This document shows positions 25,001-36,765 of a stretch of DNA of 64,000 nt, piece after piece (within the stretch, counting starts at the first letter, position 1; each line of letters begins with the position of its first letter). The notes beneath the pieces were generated by a model. The model was not told the DNA's origin. It ran no database searches and saw nothing but the letters and a program-made list of their open reading frames with translations. Source of the DNA: Perkinsus chesapeaki ATCC PRA-425 (Eukaryota; Protista; Perkinsozoa). Made by a program: the position numbers and the translations under genes. The stretch spans positions 1 to 64,000 of the forward strand of contig JAAPAO010000018.1 in assembly GCA_013115145.1 (NCBI GenBank), written 5' to 3'.

Positions 25001-25699
25001 GGGTATAGAGAGACGGTATGGAGAGATGGATGAATTACTCTGGGACGGAGGGTGGGGTCACCGGATACACTAGGGATAGCAACAGCCTCGGAAAGACGAG
25101 ATACAAATACCTAAATAGGAAGAGCGCCCCCTTCATAACCCACGGGATGAAACCGGCAGAGGTTCGAATCCAAGAGGCGGCGATTACATCCTGATTGAGA
25201 TCTATCCACTCGTACATGGCTTTATAGAGATCTTTTGCGGGATCAGCTGTGATGCTCTGATTGGTCTCCCTGAACACAGTAGGTCGGTGATTTGTTATCA
25301 GATTGAGCGCCTTACTTGAAGCCGAGTTCACACTCATCAGCCATGGTCTCAACGCTGGCAACAGCATCACATTGAGGAGAGGTTAAGTCGTGCTGCCTAA
25401 AAACGATATATCAACCTGCTGCGTATCCTGCATGGTGAAGCTCGGGATACCCTTACATCTGGACAGTGAGAGGTTTATAAGGCATCGAAGGGGATGGTAG
25501 CAAGTTCTGTGGTGTAACAGGATGATATGGTGACGATGCCAAGTTACCTGATACCGTAAATTCCTCCAACTATCAAAGATATTCGTATATTACTCGAGAA
25601 ATCACCAGTAGCTGAGGCTGGTACGGTGCCGTAGTCGACCTTCGGCGGGGCATGCGGGGAGTTTGACTCCTCTATGTTCATTGTGAACTCTTCAGACAT
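22004..25699 (-). CDS. M20A cytosolic non-specific dipeptidase (CNDP2/Dug1-like), paralog 2, with N-terminal extension
   Basis: [12 protein letters not shown]; RGATDDKGP; [12 protein letters not shown]; [18 protein letters not shown]; [16 protein letters not shown]; [11 protein letters not shown]; last exon [17 protein letters not shown]. Confidence 0.9.
22841..23080. repeat. 34-bp AT-rich minisatellite spanning a 100-N assembly gap (22911-23010), inside an intron of dipeptidase paralog 2
   Basis: Unit atataataataaggctgatatactggtttata(t/a)t. aagg at 22853/22887 and 23023/23057 gives period 34. Confidence 0.9.
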
Positions 25700-25722
25700 T
25701 TCAAAAGAAGCCGATAATCAAC

Positions 25723-27388
25723 TTAACCACCACAGTCACGCGCCACAAAATTGCCCCAACTCGACACAATGCTGTCCCAATCTGTCATCACATAGCCTTC
25801 CGCTACCATAGCGGGCTTCCAAGGAAACATATCGAGTAAATCGCACTTGTACATGCGTGCAACATTATTCATACCGTAACTTCCTATACCAATCCACTCC
25901 TATCACACCACGCTCCTCACTTCACCTATCTCAACTAAGGCCACTTACCTTACAGCAAGCCACTGAAGTGACCGCCAATGGGGAGCCGTCTCCTAGGGTC
26001 CAACGTTGAATCTAATGGGATGCTTCCTTGAGTTTTTACTCGGAAAAGGTATCGACTTCACCGTGAATGATATTGCTAAGCTATAGAGAGGCAACATCTT
26101 GAAGGGTGATTCCACAACTAGCTTCGACGACCGTAAGCATTTTAGTGAAGCCCCAGTGGGCGGCGATCTAATCCCTCATAAGAAGTGCTGATGACCATTT
26201 CAAGTGTAGAGGTGTTCAACAGGGCAATCTCCCCTCCCTTCGATACAGCCATAACAGTATCAGATCCACGCAGATAACATATCCCTTCCACGGTAGACTC
26301 AAAAGAGACTTGTGGAGAGAGCGGTATCTGAGTCCTGCCTATATCCAAACCTTGCCGACATAGCCCGACCTCTCGCCAACTCGACCGTGGATCAAATATC
26401 TTAACCATGCATTGGTCTGTTGAGAATCCTTTCGAGCCACAGACAACATAACCTACACACAATCTTTACCCCTTTCCTAACCCCTGCTATAGTTACTCGA
26501 CTCGTCCTCTCCTACAGCGCACGATACCAACTGATCAGGTCCACAAGGTGAAGAGTAAACCATTGAAGCATGGCCGCCTACTCTAGGGTCCCAAACCTGC
26601 CAGGTGGTGATAGAGAAAGCAATGCCCAAAGACCGACTCGGAATTGGAGGTCCTCAGATAGCTGCACTACCAACGTAGATTGGGGTAAGATTCTGCAATG
26701 GAGGTTGAACCAGGGTTTTCACTCCAGAAAAGATACCTCACACGAGTGACCACGTTCCTCGGTATCCAATTAGACGACACTTCTTTCATCGATTCTAGAT
26801 CCCATACGACAACCCTGCAATCCCTGCCACCGGTGACAACCACGCCACTCTGAGGGAGATCTCCCAACCGACCCGAGTGCCTCGAGGACTGACCTTAGCG
26901 CAGCCAGCAACCGAGGCCACTGACAGCTCGTGGCCGACTAGTGTTCCCTTTTGAACAGGAGCTTGCCCACGCGTGCAGGATGACCACAGTGATACTGTGG
27001 AATCGGCGGAACATGCCAGGAAGCAGTCATCACTAACTGTGACCTGAGGGCGGCGCAGTTGTGTCCGGTCCCCACTTGTTATAGTAGCAGTCGGACAACT
27101 TCATTAATAGTGCCTTTGTGACACTGTAAGTGATAGAGCTCTTGCCATTGATCACAGTCGCATACGGAAAGACCGTAGTTGTCCACACCAGCGAGAATAA
27201 GCCTTGAATGCGCCTCTAGAAAGGTCAACGATGAGACTATGTCCCCAATAGAGACCTATTGACCATGAAGCCCCAGAGTGTCCTTCAGTAGGTAGCAGCA
27301 GCCCCACCTTCATGGCATCCAATTTATTCCTATCTTCATCCTGCTCATACTCATCATGGGACTGACATAAGCCAGAACAACATAACAT
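25723..27388 (-). CDS. WD40-repeat protein, WDR31-like, multi-exon
   Basis: CHKGTINE|VTVSDDCFLACSADSTVSLW; TLVGHELSVASV; VTGGRDCRVVVWD..RNVVTRV; CGSKGFSTDQCMVKIFDPR; WTLGDGSPLAVTS. Motif order parallels WDR31 as recalled. Confidence 0.7.
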
Positions 27389-27505
27389 TATTGGAGTGCA
27401 GCCAAAAAATAATTGAGGGCAATCCTGAGGAAATGCAAGGAAGCGTAAGTGAGCAAGATTCGTGTGATGCCCTTTCCGTCCGCAGGTTTCCACCTTTTTT
27501 GATAA

Positions 27506-27865
27506 ATGCGTTGTATACTGTTATTGTCAACCTACCTTATATCAACTAGCGCTAGTCTGAGGGGACGCAGCTATGATGATGATGACGCTACTAAGGGGTG
27601 CTGTCTACCTGGCTTTGGCAAACTGTGCCGCAAATTGTGTGGGAAGAAGAAAGACAGTGGAGACCTTTCGGTAGCGTATGAATCAATTCCTGGTTTTCCT
27701 TCTTACGAAGCTTTACATAAGTCACACGCTTTTTACGGTAGCACACCGCAGCTGGTGGCCACCGAGGAATCCGACGATATGGGTACCCCCGAAAATCAAG
27801 CCTACCTTAAAAGAATGTTCGAGATAGAAGGAAAGATCTCTAAAAAGAAGACCACGCGATTTTGA
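27506..27865 (+). CDS. Small putative secreted protein (119 aa)
   Basis: Single ORF. Signal-peptide-like MRCILLLSTYLISTSAS, then an acidic patch and a Cys/Lys-rich segment. Confidence 0.6.
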   Translation: MRCILLLSTYLISTSASLRGRSYDDDDATKGCCLPGFGKLCRKLCGKKKDSGDLSVAYESIPGFPSYEALHKSHAFYGSTPQLVATEESDDMGTPENQAYLKRMFEIEGKISKKKTTRF

Positions 27866-27955
27866 GCATGTTTTTGTTGACAGCTGTTATGAATCCTTTG
27901 CCACGAGTTTGGTTAGTCTAGCTCACCAGCGCCTCGAGTGTAAACCCGAAGCATC

Positions 27956-29521
27956 ATGTCATCCAAAGACAACGAGAGCAAGCAGCCATTCACGGCTGGG
28001 GTTGAGCCTAGTGTCAATGGTAACACCTTTGATGTTGGCGCACATAGGGAAGACAATCTATTCATGGCAAGACTCAGCGAGGCATCCGAAAGGCAAGACC
28101 TCACCTCGGGCCAGTATTCAGCCCCATCGAAATCGATAGATACGATGACATGGTCCGACACATGTCCGAGATAGCCAAGATGGGCCTTGAGCTCAGCGTT
28201 GAAGAACGAGCGTTGTTTAGCTCTGCATTCAAGAACGCTGTGGGTAATCATCTGTTTGCCAAGACTGTCGAATACACTCCTACTGTAGGGCTAAGGAGGC
28301 AGGCATGGAGAGCCTTGACCATGTTAGAACAGAAAGAGAAGTTCAGGGGTGAGCTCACCAGCTGAAGGCAATGATAAGCCTTTCGAGGTGAACGAGCAGC
28401 GAAGTCTATAGAGGCTTACCGTTCTGTTATTGAGGAAGAACTGAGGATGCTTTGCCACAGAGCTTTGGATCTCTTGACGAAGGGTTAGACAGTATTGCCT
28501 TGCACAAATCATTATGTTATTAATATCAGAGATACTTCCACTCACCACCGGTGCCGAATCTAAAGTCTTTTTTCATAAGCTTCATGGTGATTATTGTCGG
28601 TAAGCAGCAACCGTTATCACTAAAGGGCCTCTCTATGGGACTCTCTATAATATCAGAACCGTGGTGGTTCAACTGCTTAAACTGTATGATATATTTCAGC
28701 TCTCTTTTTTGTCTCGGACTTTGGATGGAAGCAGTATCCGTTCAGCTGCCAAACCGGAGATTAGATATGATATGATCGTATGGTCTCTGATATGTACAGC
28801 TCAACAACACAGCGTGGATTGTACAGTCATAGTTCTTTACATTTCATCAGCTGAGAAATACCGGTATGCTGCATAGATATTATCAAGCCCACGCCGCTAT
28901 ATAACAATGCACGCAAGTTCCTAGTACAGACCCTCTGCACACACCATCACTTCTGGTGGCAGATATCTTACTGAATTCGAACCCGGCGCCCCCAAGGGTA
29001 AGCAAGCCGAGTATGTCGAAGACGCCCACGATAGCTATAAGTAATTCCTGGTTCTCATCTTTAGCTGTAACAAATCACTCTTCAGAATGGCCTCTGATAT
29101 AGCATTGAACGACCTCCCACCCACCAATCCCGTTCGCCTCGGCCTAGCACTTAACTTCAGTGTGTTCTACTATGAGGTTAGACAGTGCGGAAGGCGGCTC
29201 CTTGCCGACTGCTGCTTCGCAGGTCCTGAACTCTCCCGAACGTGCATGCCTCTTGGCGAAGGCAGCCTTTGATGATGCCATATCGGCTATGGACAACTTA
29301 GATGATGAGGAGTATGTTAATATTCTAACTCTTGTGCACTCATATCGTATCATTCGTTTTGTTATTCATTGCTGTATTACTACTACATAGCAATTATTGT
29401 GCAACGCTGTCCCCGTTTCAGATACCAAGATTCTGCATCGATCATGCAGCTGCTAAGAGACAACCTCACCCTATGGACATCTGACATGCAGGAAGTAGAC
29501 GAGCAAGATCATGTTGCTTAA
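27956..29521 (+). CDS. 14-3-3 protein, multi-exon
   Basis: [18 protein letters not shown]; [15 protein letters not shown]; [21 protein letters not shown]; AKAAFDDAI; [15 protein letters not shown]. Confidence 0.95.
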
Positions 29522-29857
29522 CACCCACGGGCGTATCTTCTTTGTCTTGTTGCGTTGAAGACCATCAATACCAATGAGAGCATTCTCCAGTGGTATGTTA
29601 TGGAAACCAATACAGTAAGCCGCCAACTCCAACTTGAGTACGCACTCTGGTATAGCTTCACAGAATTATTCACAAATAAATCATTTTCCACAGTCCCTAA
29701 AGGCTTTTCGACAAAGATGCGCACCATGCCAGGTGTTCTTGGCATTGGCAATATGGTTCATATTGCTCTACCGTTCTTACGGGGAAATACAGAGTCGTAG
29801 AGACCGGTAGCGATGAGGGTTCATGGGTTCAACGGTGAAAGTTAAGGTTATCTAAGA

Positions 29858-32800
29858 ATGTCCAAGAACGTAGACAGCATATGGGCTGAGATGCAAGAAG
29901 AGTGGAAAATTGCTTCCAGAAAACCGCATAAGGGATGCGATGTAAATGAAAACCCAATAGCGTCGATTGGAAGCTTTGCCGTTAAAAAAGAAAAGAAAGC
30001 ACCACGAACAAAAGAAATAAGCTTTTGGACTAGTGAGCCACTATGCCCAAGGACTGTCCACAATGGCTTCAGATGGTGGCACTGCTGCAAAGGGCTCATC
30101 TACTAGAGCATTGTACGATCAATTCACTACCACGAACACGGAGACAGATGAGAGAGAAAATATCACCAGCAACGCTGAAGATGCTCTGGGCTTAGGAGCC
30201 GTTGGCTGCCACAAGGTGAGCCAGCCTTGTGTCAGTATAACCCGAGACATGGATCTTAGGGAAGTAGTGTGCCCGAAGACTTCACCTCGGTAAGCTACAG
30301 CTCACCGCGTCGTGCGGAATATGATATCAGGTTGCCGCCATGGTCGATTGGCTACATAGTTCGGCACCATTGGTCTTGAAGGCTGCCGAAGAAGTACTTA
30401 GTCGTACAACAGAGCATTGATTCTAGTCTGTGTAGATGACCGAACCTGGCAAGCTAACTGAGATGGACGAACAACTCAACAATCAGCTCCTCGAATGCTT
30501 TCATGACACCACTGCACCTGACTTGGCCGACGCAGCGCTAGAGGTGAGCTCAGAAGCGTTGGGTACAGCATGAGCAGCAGCTCGCTGCCAGTTCCTGCTT
30601 CGACCTCTTGCTCGTATCTGCTTGAGCACCACCACAGCCGCCAAAGACACTTCGAGGCTCGCCGCTTGCCAGGTGACCATCTTCCCCGTTGTTTGTAGTA
30701 GTGCGGAGCACCGTCTCAGATGCTGGCCCGGCTCATCTCCAGCTGTGGTGATGCCCATCTTGTCAGCACAGCTCCGTAAGAGAGACACTCCCGGGAAACT
30801 GTCCTGGTCGCGTACAGGTATCTGATATCTAATCTAGTTCGAAGGTTGAACTGCGGAGATTTGGATGGAGTGCTCGGTGTCCCCGAGAAGATGAGACCTT
30901 TGCCTGAACAGAGGCCACAACAGATGGCTCACGCTGAGGGTCGAGAGGCATGTGAGGAAGTCAGAGAACAGATAGCTGAATTGGTGAGCCAGCAGCGTCA
31001 ATGATGCCACATTGGAGGCCTAGGTTATCCGACTTCTCGGCAGAGTCTCAGGAAAGCCGACGGTTCTGATACAGGTGACCAATTGTGATGTTATGTGGTG
31101 CTAATCACGGATCCATCTTAGTCAATCGACGAGATTGTAAGCCTAGTAAGAGGCCTTATGCTAGATGACTTTGGCAAGATCAAGATGCTTGGATGCAAAG
31201 CTTGCGAGATGCTCTCGGATGCCCATGCTCCTTTACTGGTAAAGCGCTCTAAGTACCCCTCCTAACTTTTCCGAATCAGTTGCATTTCGGTGAGGCCATG
31301 GCTCGCAGTGCATCTTCTTGCCTCACTCATAACCATATGCAGGTAGCGTCATCATCTTCTTCATCTGTTGCCAGGACCTGCTCAATCCATGAGTCAGGTC
31401 CGCATTGCAGGCTTAAGAGCTGTTACGGCTTGCCTCAAGACCACAACATGGAAGCACTCGTTCGACATCATTGCCCATTTAACTGCTTGGAGCGACCCCA
31501 ACCAAGTGCCGTCTCCATTCGACCATCGCCTCTAGCTCGCTCTCCACAGGTTCCCGTGAAAGCCTTCTATGAAAGCACCACTAAGATAAACTATCTTACC
31601 ACTCTATGCTTTGATCGCCACATTGCTGTAGAGCTCCGTCTAGGCCTCTACCCTACAGCTCGTGCCCAGGTGCGCCGTTTCTTCTACCAAACCCTCGGCC
31701 ATTGGCTATTAACTTTGGAAGATTCTATAGACATAGAGCCACATGTAGCGTACCAATCTATATCCTTCTGTGACTTCGACTCAGGTTATGCCTTTTTTTC
31801 TGACGGGGCTTTTTGACGATGACTACTCGGTTAGAGTTCTCGTCTTTGCCCTTATAGGAAAAGTTGGTGAGAAATACGAAAGTGAGTGGAACTCAGTGGT
31901 AGCCTTGGCGGAAAGCTGTCCATGAGTGCACATCAAGGTGAACAATTACCTTATCTGTCTCAGAGATGAACGAAGTCGAATTGCGGGAAAAGCGTCAATT
32001 GGGCCTGGACGCCTCGTGGACTTATGACGGCCGAGCTTCTGAGGTGAAGTCGCTCAGACCAGCTATGGTAACACGATCCCCTTGTTATCAGATACCTTTT
32101 CTCCCACTAGTGCACGGTGTTCATCAAGGCCTTGCCTCAGGCGCAGGCCTGTTCGACATTAAGGATTATGATTGGCCACTTATGGCCGACTTAGTCACCT
32201 GTCCGAGAGTCACGGACATCTCCAGGAGAGTATCTACCGGAGAGGTAGCTGCCAACCAGCACAACCCCGAATGCTAACTTATTATTCAGCCCGTGCATCG
32301 TCCTAGACTTGGAGCAAGATGTTGGGTGAGAACCTCGGCAAGAAGGTTTATACTGGCAACACTTAACCAAGTGACCGACTTTAAGGAATGTGAGGCATGT
32401 CTGCTAGCATTGGCAACGCTTCCCAATCGCTTCGTTGAATACTCAGGTAACGCTCTCAATGCTACGAGGCTCTTAGCAGTATTGGTGGGCTTTGTTGAAG
32501 AAGGTAAGGAACCGATTGGCTGAAGGCCGATTTTACAGGTTGATATACCCTACCCGGGGATCGAACCCGGAATCTCCACCTTAGGAGGGTGGCGCCTTAT
32601 CCATTGGGCCAGCAGGGCGTTGTGGTGTTCATGCCTCCTCAGGTGTTACTGAATGGCTGAAGGAAATCATAACCGCGGCCCAGAGGGTTTATCTCGGTCG
32701 TTCGGGTGACAAAGACTCCCAAGCAGAGACAGAAGATGAGTAGCCTTCTCCATCGCCCAGTCGAGAATTCTGCCCATCATGTCAGATTCGATCTAGTGCT

Positions 32801-35588
32801 GACGATGATAGGCCGCTACGTTGAGCCGCAGGCGTGGTGGGGTCTACTGTAGCGTCAGCTGATTGACGTGTTGGCCAGTTTTCTGCCCAGATCTCACGAT
32901 TTATCCTCGGAGTCGCTGCTCGAAGATGAGTGGCGTATTGCGTCAGTAAAGGTGTTGAGCCTTCTATTTAAAGGAGCTATGGAGGTCTACAGAGAGTGCT
33001 GCTCCCTAGAAGTCAGTTTAGAATGCACAGCTCTTCGACTTATTGTGCAACCTAACAGTGTCGAGAATCCAAGGTTGTCCGTGACTGTAACGCAGCACCT
33101 CCTTCCTGTTAGGGACCACCGACAGCGTCCAGATGCCAAGCCTTATATAACCCCCTACTGAACAGTGTCTATGCTTCCCCTCTGATGACGTCCCGAAGTA
33201 AGAGCATCACCACCGATTGCTATCCATACCGATCCCACGCCACCTTGACAACACCTAAAGAGTCTAGTCAATGCTCTCTCGTTCATTCTAACCTTTGTAA
33301 GCGGTTCATCGCTGATCATCTTGTCAGCTCTCGGAACCCGCGAGACTTTTCTATCGATTCTAAGGACTCTATCGACAGCTAACGATTTTGACCACTTTGG
33401 CCCAGGCCGGAATAAGGTGACGTCTACATGCCTCAGATGTGATCATTTCAAGCTCTTTAGTTTATAGCATGTGAGCTGCTACTCAAGTCGCCCCAAGATG
33501 GCCGATTGCCAAGTAGAGTAGACTTCGTGGCGGCCGACGCTGACGTGAAGCGAGCCGCCATGCTCATTAAGAATGTAGGGCGAAGCGTTGCCCCTTTCCG
33601 TGACATAGGACTGTTAGGTCATTAGCAAGGACGCACACGCTTCGAGGAAAGTTGGCTTTCTACTGAAGAACGTCGGCGATAAGGAAATCGACGCAGCTGT
33701 GGAGATGATGCTTTACGACGATGACGACTCATTCCGTCAGCTCTCGAGATGCCTTACCATCACTTATTACTCAATCAGATCACATAACAGTCGCGCTTAC
33801 TCTGCGGTTTGTCGTTTGGGGCCGTTCTTCTATTGAAATCGTTCACCGTCACCTGGAGGTAGATGTTAATGCCTCTGGAGCCCTCCGACTCGTCCCTCAG
33901 ACCATGGCATGTACTTCGACAGCGTCGCCATCAGCCAGGCAAACAGCGGTGGCGATTCTGACTCGGGACATAGCGTCGGGGCTCTGCGGTGCCGAAGTTC
34001 CATCACACAGTTCATTCTATAAAGTACTGGAGATGCCGGCACACTGAGACATTGCGCAAAGATCATCATTGCTAAATAAAGCTGATCTTGACCACCGCCC
34101 GTAGCATTGGATCTATCGGCCTTCGACCATCAAGAAGCGTCTACTGTTAGCTAGATCTACTGCTTATTAGGCTCTCATCGGGACTCCCGAAGCACGACCG
34201 AGACAACTACAAGAGCTGCTTGCTGCAGCCTACGCCTTAGGAACAGTTGGCACACCTTCAACGAATGGAGATGGTCTCATCGGCTCACTCATCACTGCAA
34301 TGGCTGATCACACTATTGATAAGAGGGTGGGCATACTTTATCGAAAACTCCTGACATTCCACGCTGTAGCTGCGTGACATCTGGGAGAAGGAGAGCCGAG
34401 TAGAGGACCCGTCGTTCAAGCAGCTGAAGTAGCTCAAGCTAGCAGCCACTCCTCATGGCACAACATGCGCTATTCCAACAGGATAATCCGTGAAGCGGCA
34501 ACGAGAGTGGTGGAGATAGCTCGCCTCCAAACAGCACTGTCAGTTGCTCTGGCAGTGGCCGCTAGCCCCAGCCTAGGAAAGATGGAGTTGATGGGAGCTC
34601 TTCTAGAGGTTTGAACCATAGCTGCGATGCGACTACACTTCTCTCAGGTACTTGAATGCCCGCCAGAGCAGCACGGTAAGATCGCCAAGCCCCCATCAGC
34701 TGGTATTGTTATCTATACCATCCACACGGTAGGGTGTGATGCCAGTTAATTGTCTACTGCTCAGCGATCAGATAACACGCCTTCTGTCGGAGTCGACGGA
34801 TATGAAATTGTTGCCCATGGAGCTGTATGTTACGGTCTAGCGCTATGACGATACTTCCTACTGCAGATGTAGCGAAGCTCCTAGGCTGTGCTCGATAGGC
34901 TTCCGAAACCCAACCACCTTGCCTGGACTGGTCGGCAGGGATGAACTCGCTGAGCGAATCATCGAGGCTTGCGCTGACGTATGATATAAGTTCGTTAATA
35001 ATCGACCCTCGGCGACATTCAGACTATTGCTTCAACCCTCAATCTATCCTTCCCTGTCGATCCTAACCACCCGCAGATGCCTGTACCGACCGACCTCAAA
35101 CTCATGGATATCACATCGGCCAGTGTTGAACAACCTACTCGTCGCCAAGGGTTGTTGCCTGGAATTTGGGACGGTAGATAGGGGATATAATTCCCTTATG
35201 ACGCTATTCGCATGACTCATTTAGTTCACGACATCGCTCCATTAGTGTCTCGCCCCGCTTGGGTGCTGTTTGATTCGCAGTATGGAAAGGAAGCGCAGAA
35301 GGCTATGGCAGGTGAGTACGAGAGCTGGTATAGGATAAGCGATACACTTAGAGAATGGGCGACCACCGTTTGAGGAAGGGTTGAAATGGAACGCTGCTTT
35401 GGCGGTGATTCAGCTACTGTCAAGTGCAGTGAAGACAAATCCAGCAGCTGCGACCAGGTAGCGTTAATGTTAATGGAGGTAACTTCCCGCATGACGGCGA
35501 TGTTAGCTACACCACGAGGTTAGAAAAACAGGGCCTCATGGCACGCGTCGCTTTACTTCGAGATATCCAACACAAGTTGACAAAGTGA
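29858..35588 (+). CDS. DNAAF5: HEAT-repeat dynein axonemal assembly factor 5-like (HEATR2-like), multi-exon; whether the 3' exons belong to the same gene is uncertain
   Basis: SQVRIAGLRAV; WSDPNQVP|VKAFYESTTKINYL; QVRRFFYQTLGHWLLTLED; LREKRQLGLDASWTY; RPRLGARCWVR resemble protist DNAAF5 segments as recalled. Confidence 0.6.
32546..32618 (-). tRNA. tRNA-Arg, anticodon CCT, 73 nt, no intron
   Basis: GCCCTGCTGGCCCAATGGATAAGGCGCCACCCTCCTAAGGTGGAGATTCCGGGTTCGATCCCCGGGTAGGGTA. Full cloverleaf with anticodon stem CCACC/GGTGG and T-loop TTCGATC. Confidence 0.95.
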
Positions 35589-35721
35589 TAAAACCACGTA
35601 GATTTGCTTGTTGTATTTATCATAGATGACTACTGTTCGTTATGTTGTGTTTTATACAGATGGTTTCAGTTTAATTCGGCCTACAAATTTCATTAAAGTG
35701 TAACAGACCTGATATAACGGT

Positions 35722-35979
35722 TCATGGTACTATCTTGCAACGCAAAAGAATGATATGAGAATCTTCTACGGTGACTATATTAGTCAATGCAAAGCTTCGA
35801 AGTGGGAGACTACGTGATAAAAATGTAATAGTATATTGGCGGAAGCCGAGATCTAGAATGGCCAAATCACCACCGGGGGCCATGGCTACAGAGAAATCGC
35901 TAAAACGTTCCAAAGCCTGCAGCATCAGAACAGTTGTCAACTCACGAGTGGAGAAAGAATCGCGGGTAACGGTGCGCAC
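35722..35979 (-). pseudogene. MRTVTC family copy A, N-terminal fragment (start codon GTG)
   Basis: (V)RTVTRDSFSTRELTTVLMLQALER, then no further similarity to the family. Confidence 0.6.
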
Positions 35980-36765
35980 GGTGCAATAAGAATTAGTAAA
36001 CCAGCCTGATGGGAACAGAAACTACATTGTCGACATACACCTGCTAGTATATTCAAGCACTACAATGAGGTATTGAACAGGTATTCGAGTTACTTCACGG
36101 TGCGTGTTGAGAAATACGAGAGGCCACAGGAGACATCGCTAGTAGTATAGGTACCAAGCTCTCACTCGGAAGCTGCACATAGAATGGATAGTCTAAGCCA
36201 ATTCCGGCGTTGGACTATGAACTCACACACACAAGGCTTAGGCTAGTGGGGTGGTTACGAACACAGCAATTACATCACGATGTGCACGATGCAACACTAG
36301 AAGTCGAGTGTTGCTCTACTCCGAGATTCTGAGCTGAAGCTGAAGCAGCAATACACCGATTGAGCTTGTTTTCATAGACGGTGGCTACTCTCGAAGATCT
36401 GAACTAATTCGCTGCGATGCAAAGCATACCAGCAAACCTTAGGATGTGTCGACAATCTGGTTTAGTTCTACCCCACACAGCTCGTGTTGCCTATTGAGTG
36501 TATGTTAATCTTTATCAACACAATTTCACAATGCTGATAAAAATTAGTGATTAATAACATTAGTCGAACAAAGGTTTGCATATGCTCAGAGTTGCCATGC
36601 AAGCCAATGATAATATGAGTCTGAATGATCGCTGTCACAGGAAAGGTTCGTCACAGGGCTTTAGAAAGGTTCGCATGTTACAGGGAGATCAAATGACGGC
36701 AATTGAAAAATTGTTACAGCAAAGGTTAAATAAAAACCACACTTTTTAACCTTTGCAGCACCAAT

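Noticed and set aside
25161-25171. tRNA gene from GGTTCGAATCC
   Set aside because: The T-stem does not pair and there is no cloverleaf. It is an isolated B-box-like match in an intron.
22004-27388. WD40 + M20 peptidase fusion like fungal Dug2
   Set aside because: The last WD40 exon ends in TAA at 25723-25725. The peptidase has its own ATG at 25699, matched by paralog 1, which has no WD40 upstream.
29518-29800. Small gene between 14-3-3 and the DNAAF5-like gene
   Set aside because: ORFs on both strands lack motifs, and the only splice model needs a weak acceptor. Not supportable.
29990-30080. Frameshift near the 5' end of the DNAAF5-like gene
   Set aside because: A 40-nt GTGAG...TTCAG intron restores the frame (..ISFWT|NGGTAAKG..).
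13792-35588. Functional ciliary gene cluster (centrin, WDR31-like, DNAAF5-like)
   Set aside because: The genes are interspersed with unrelated genes and lie on different strands, so chance adjacency is sufficient.
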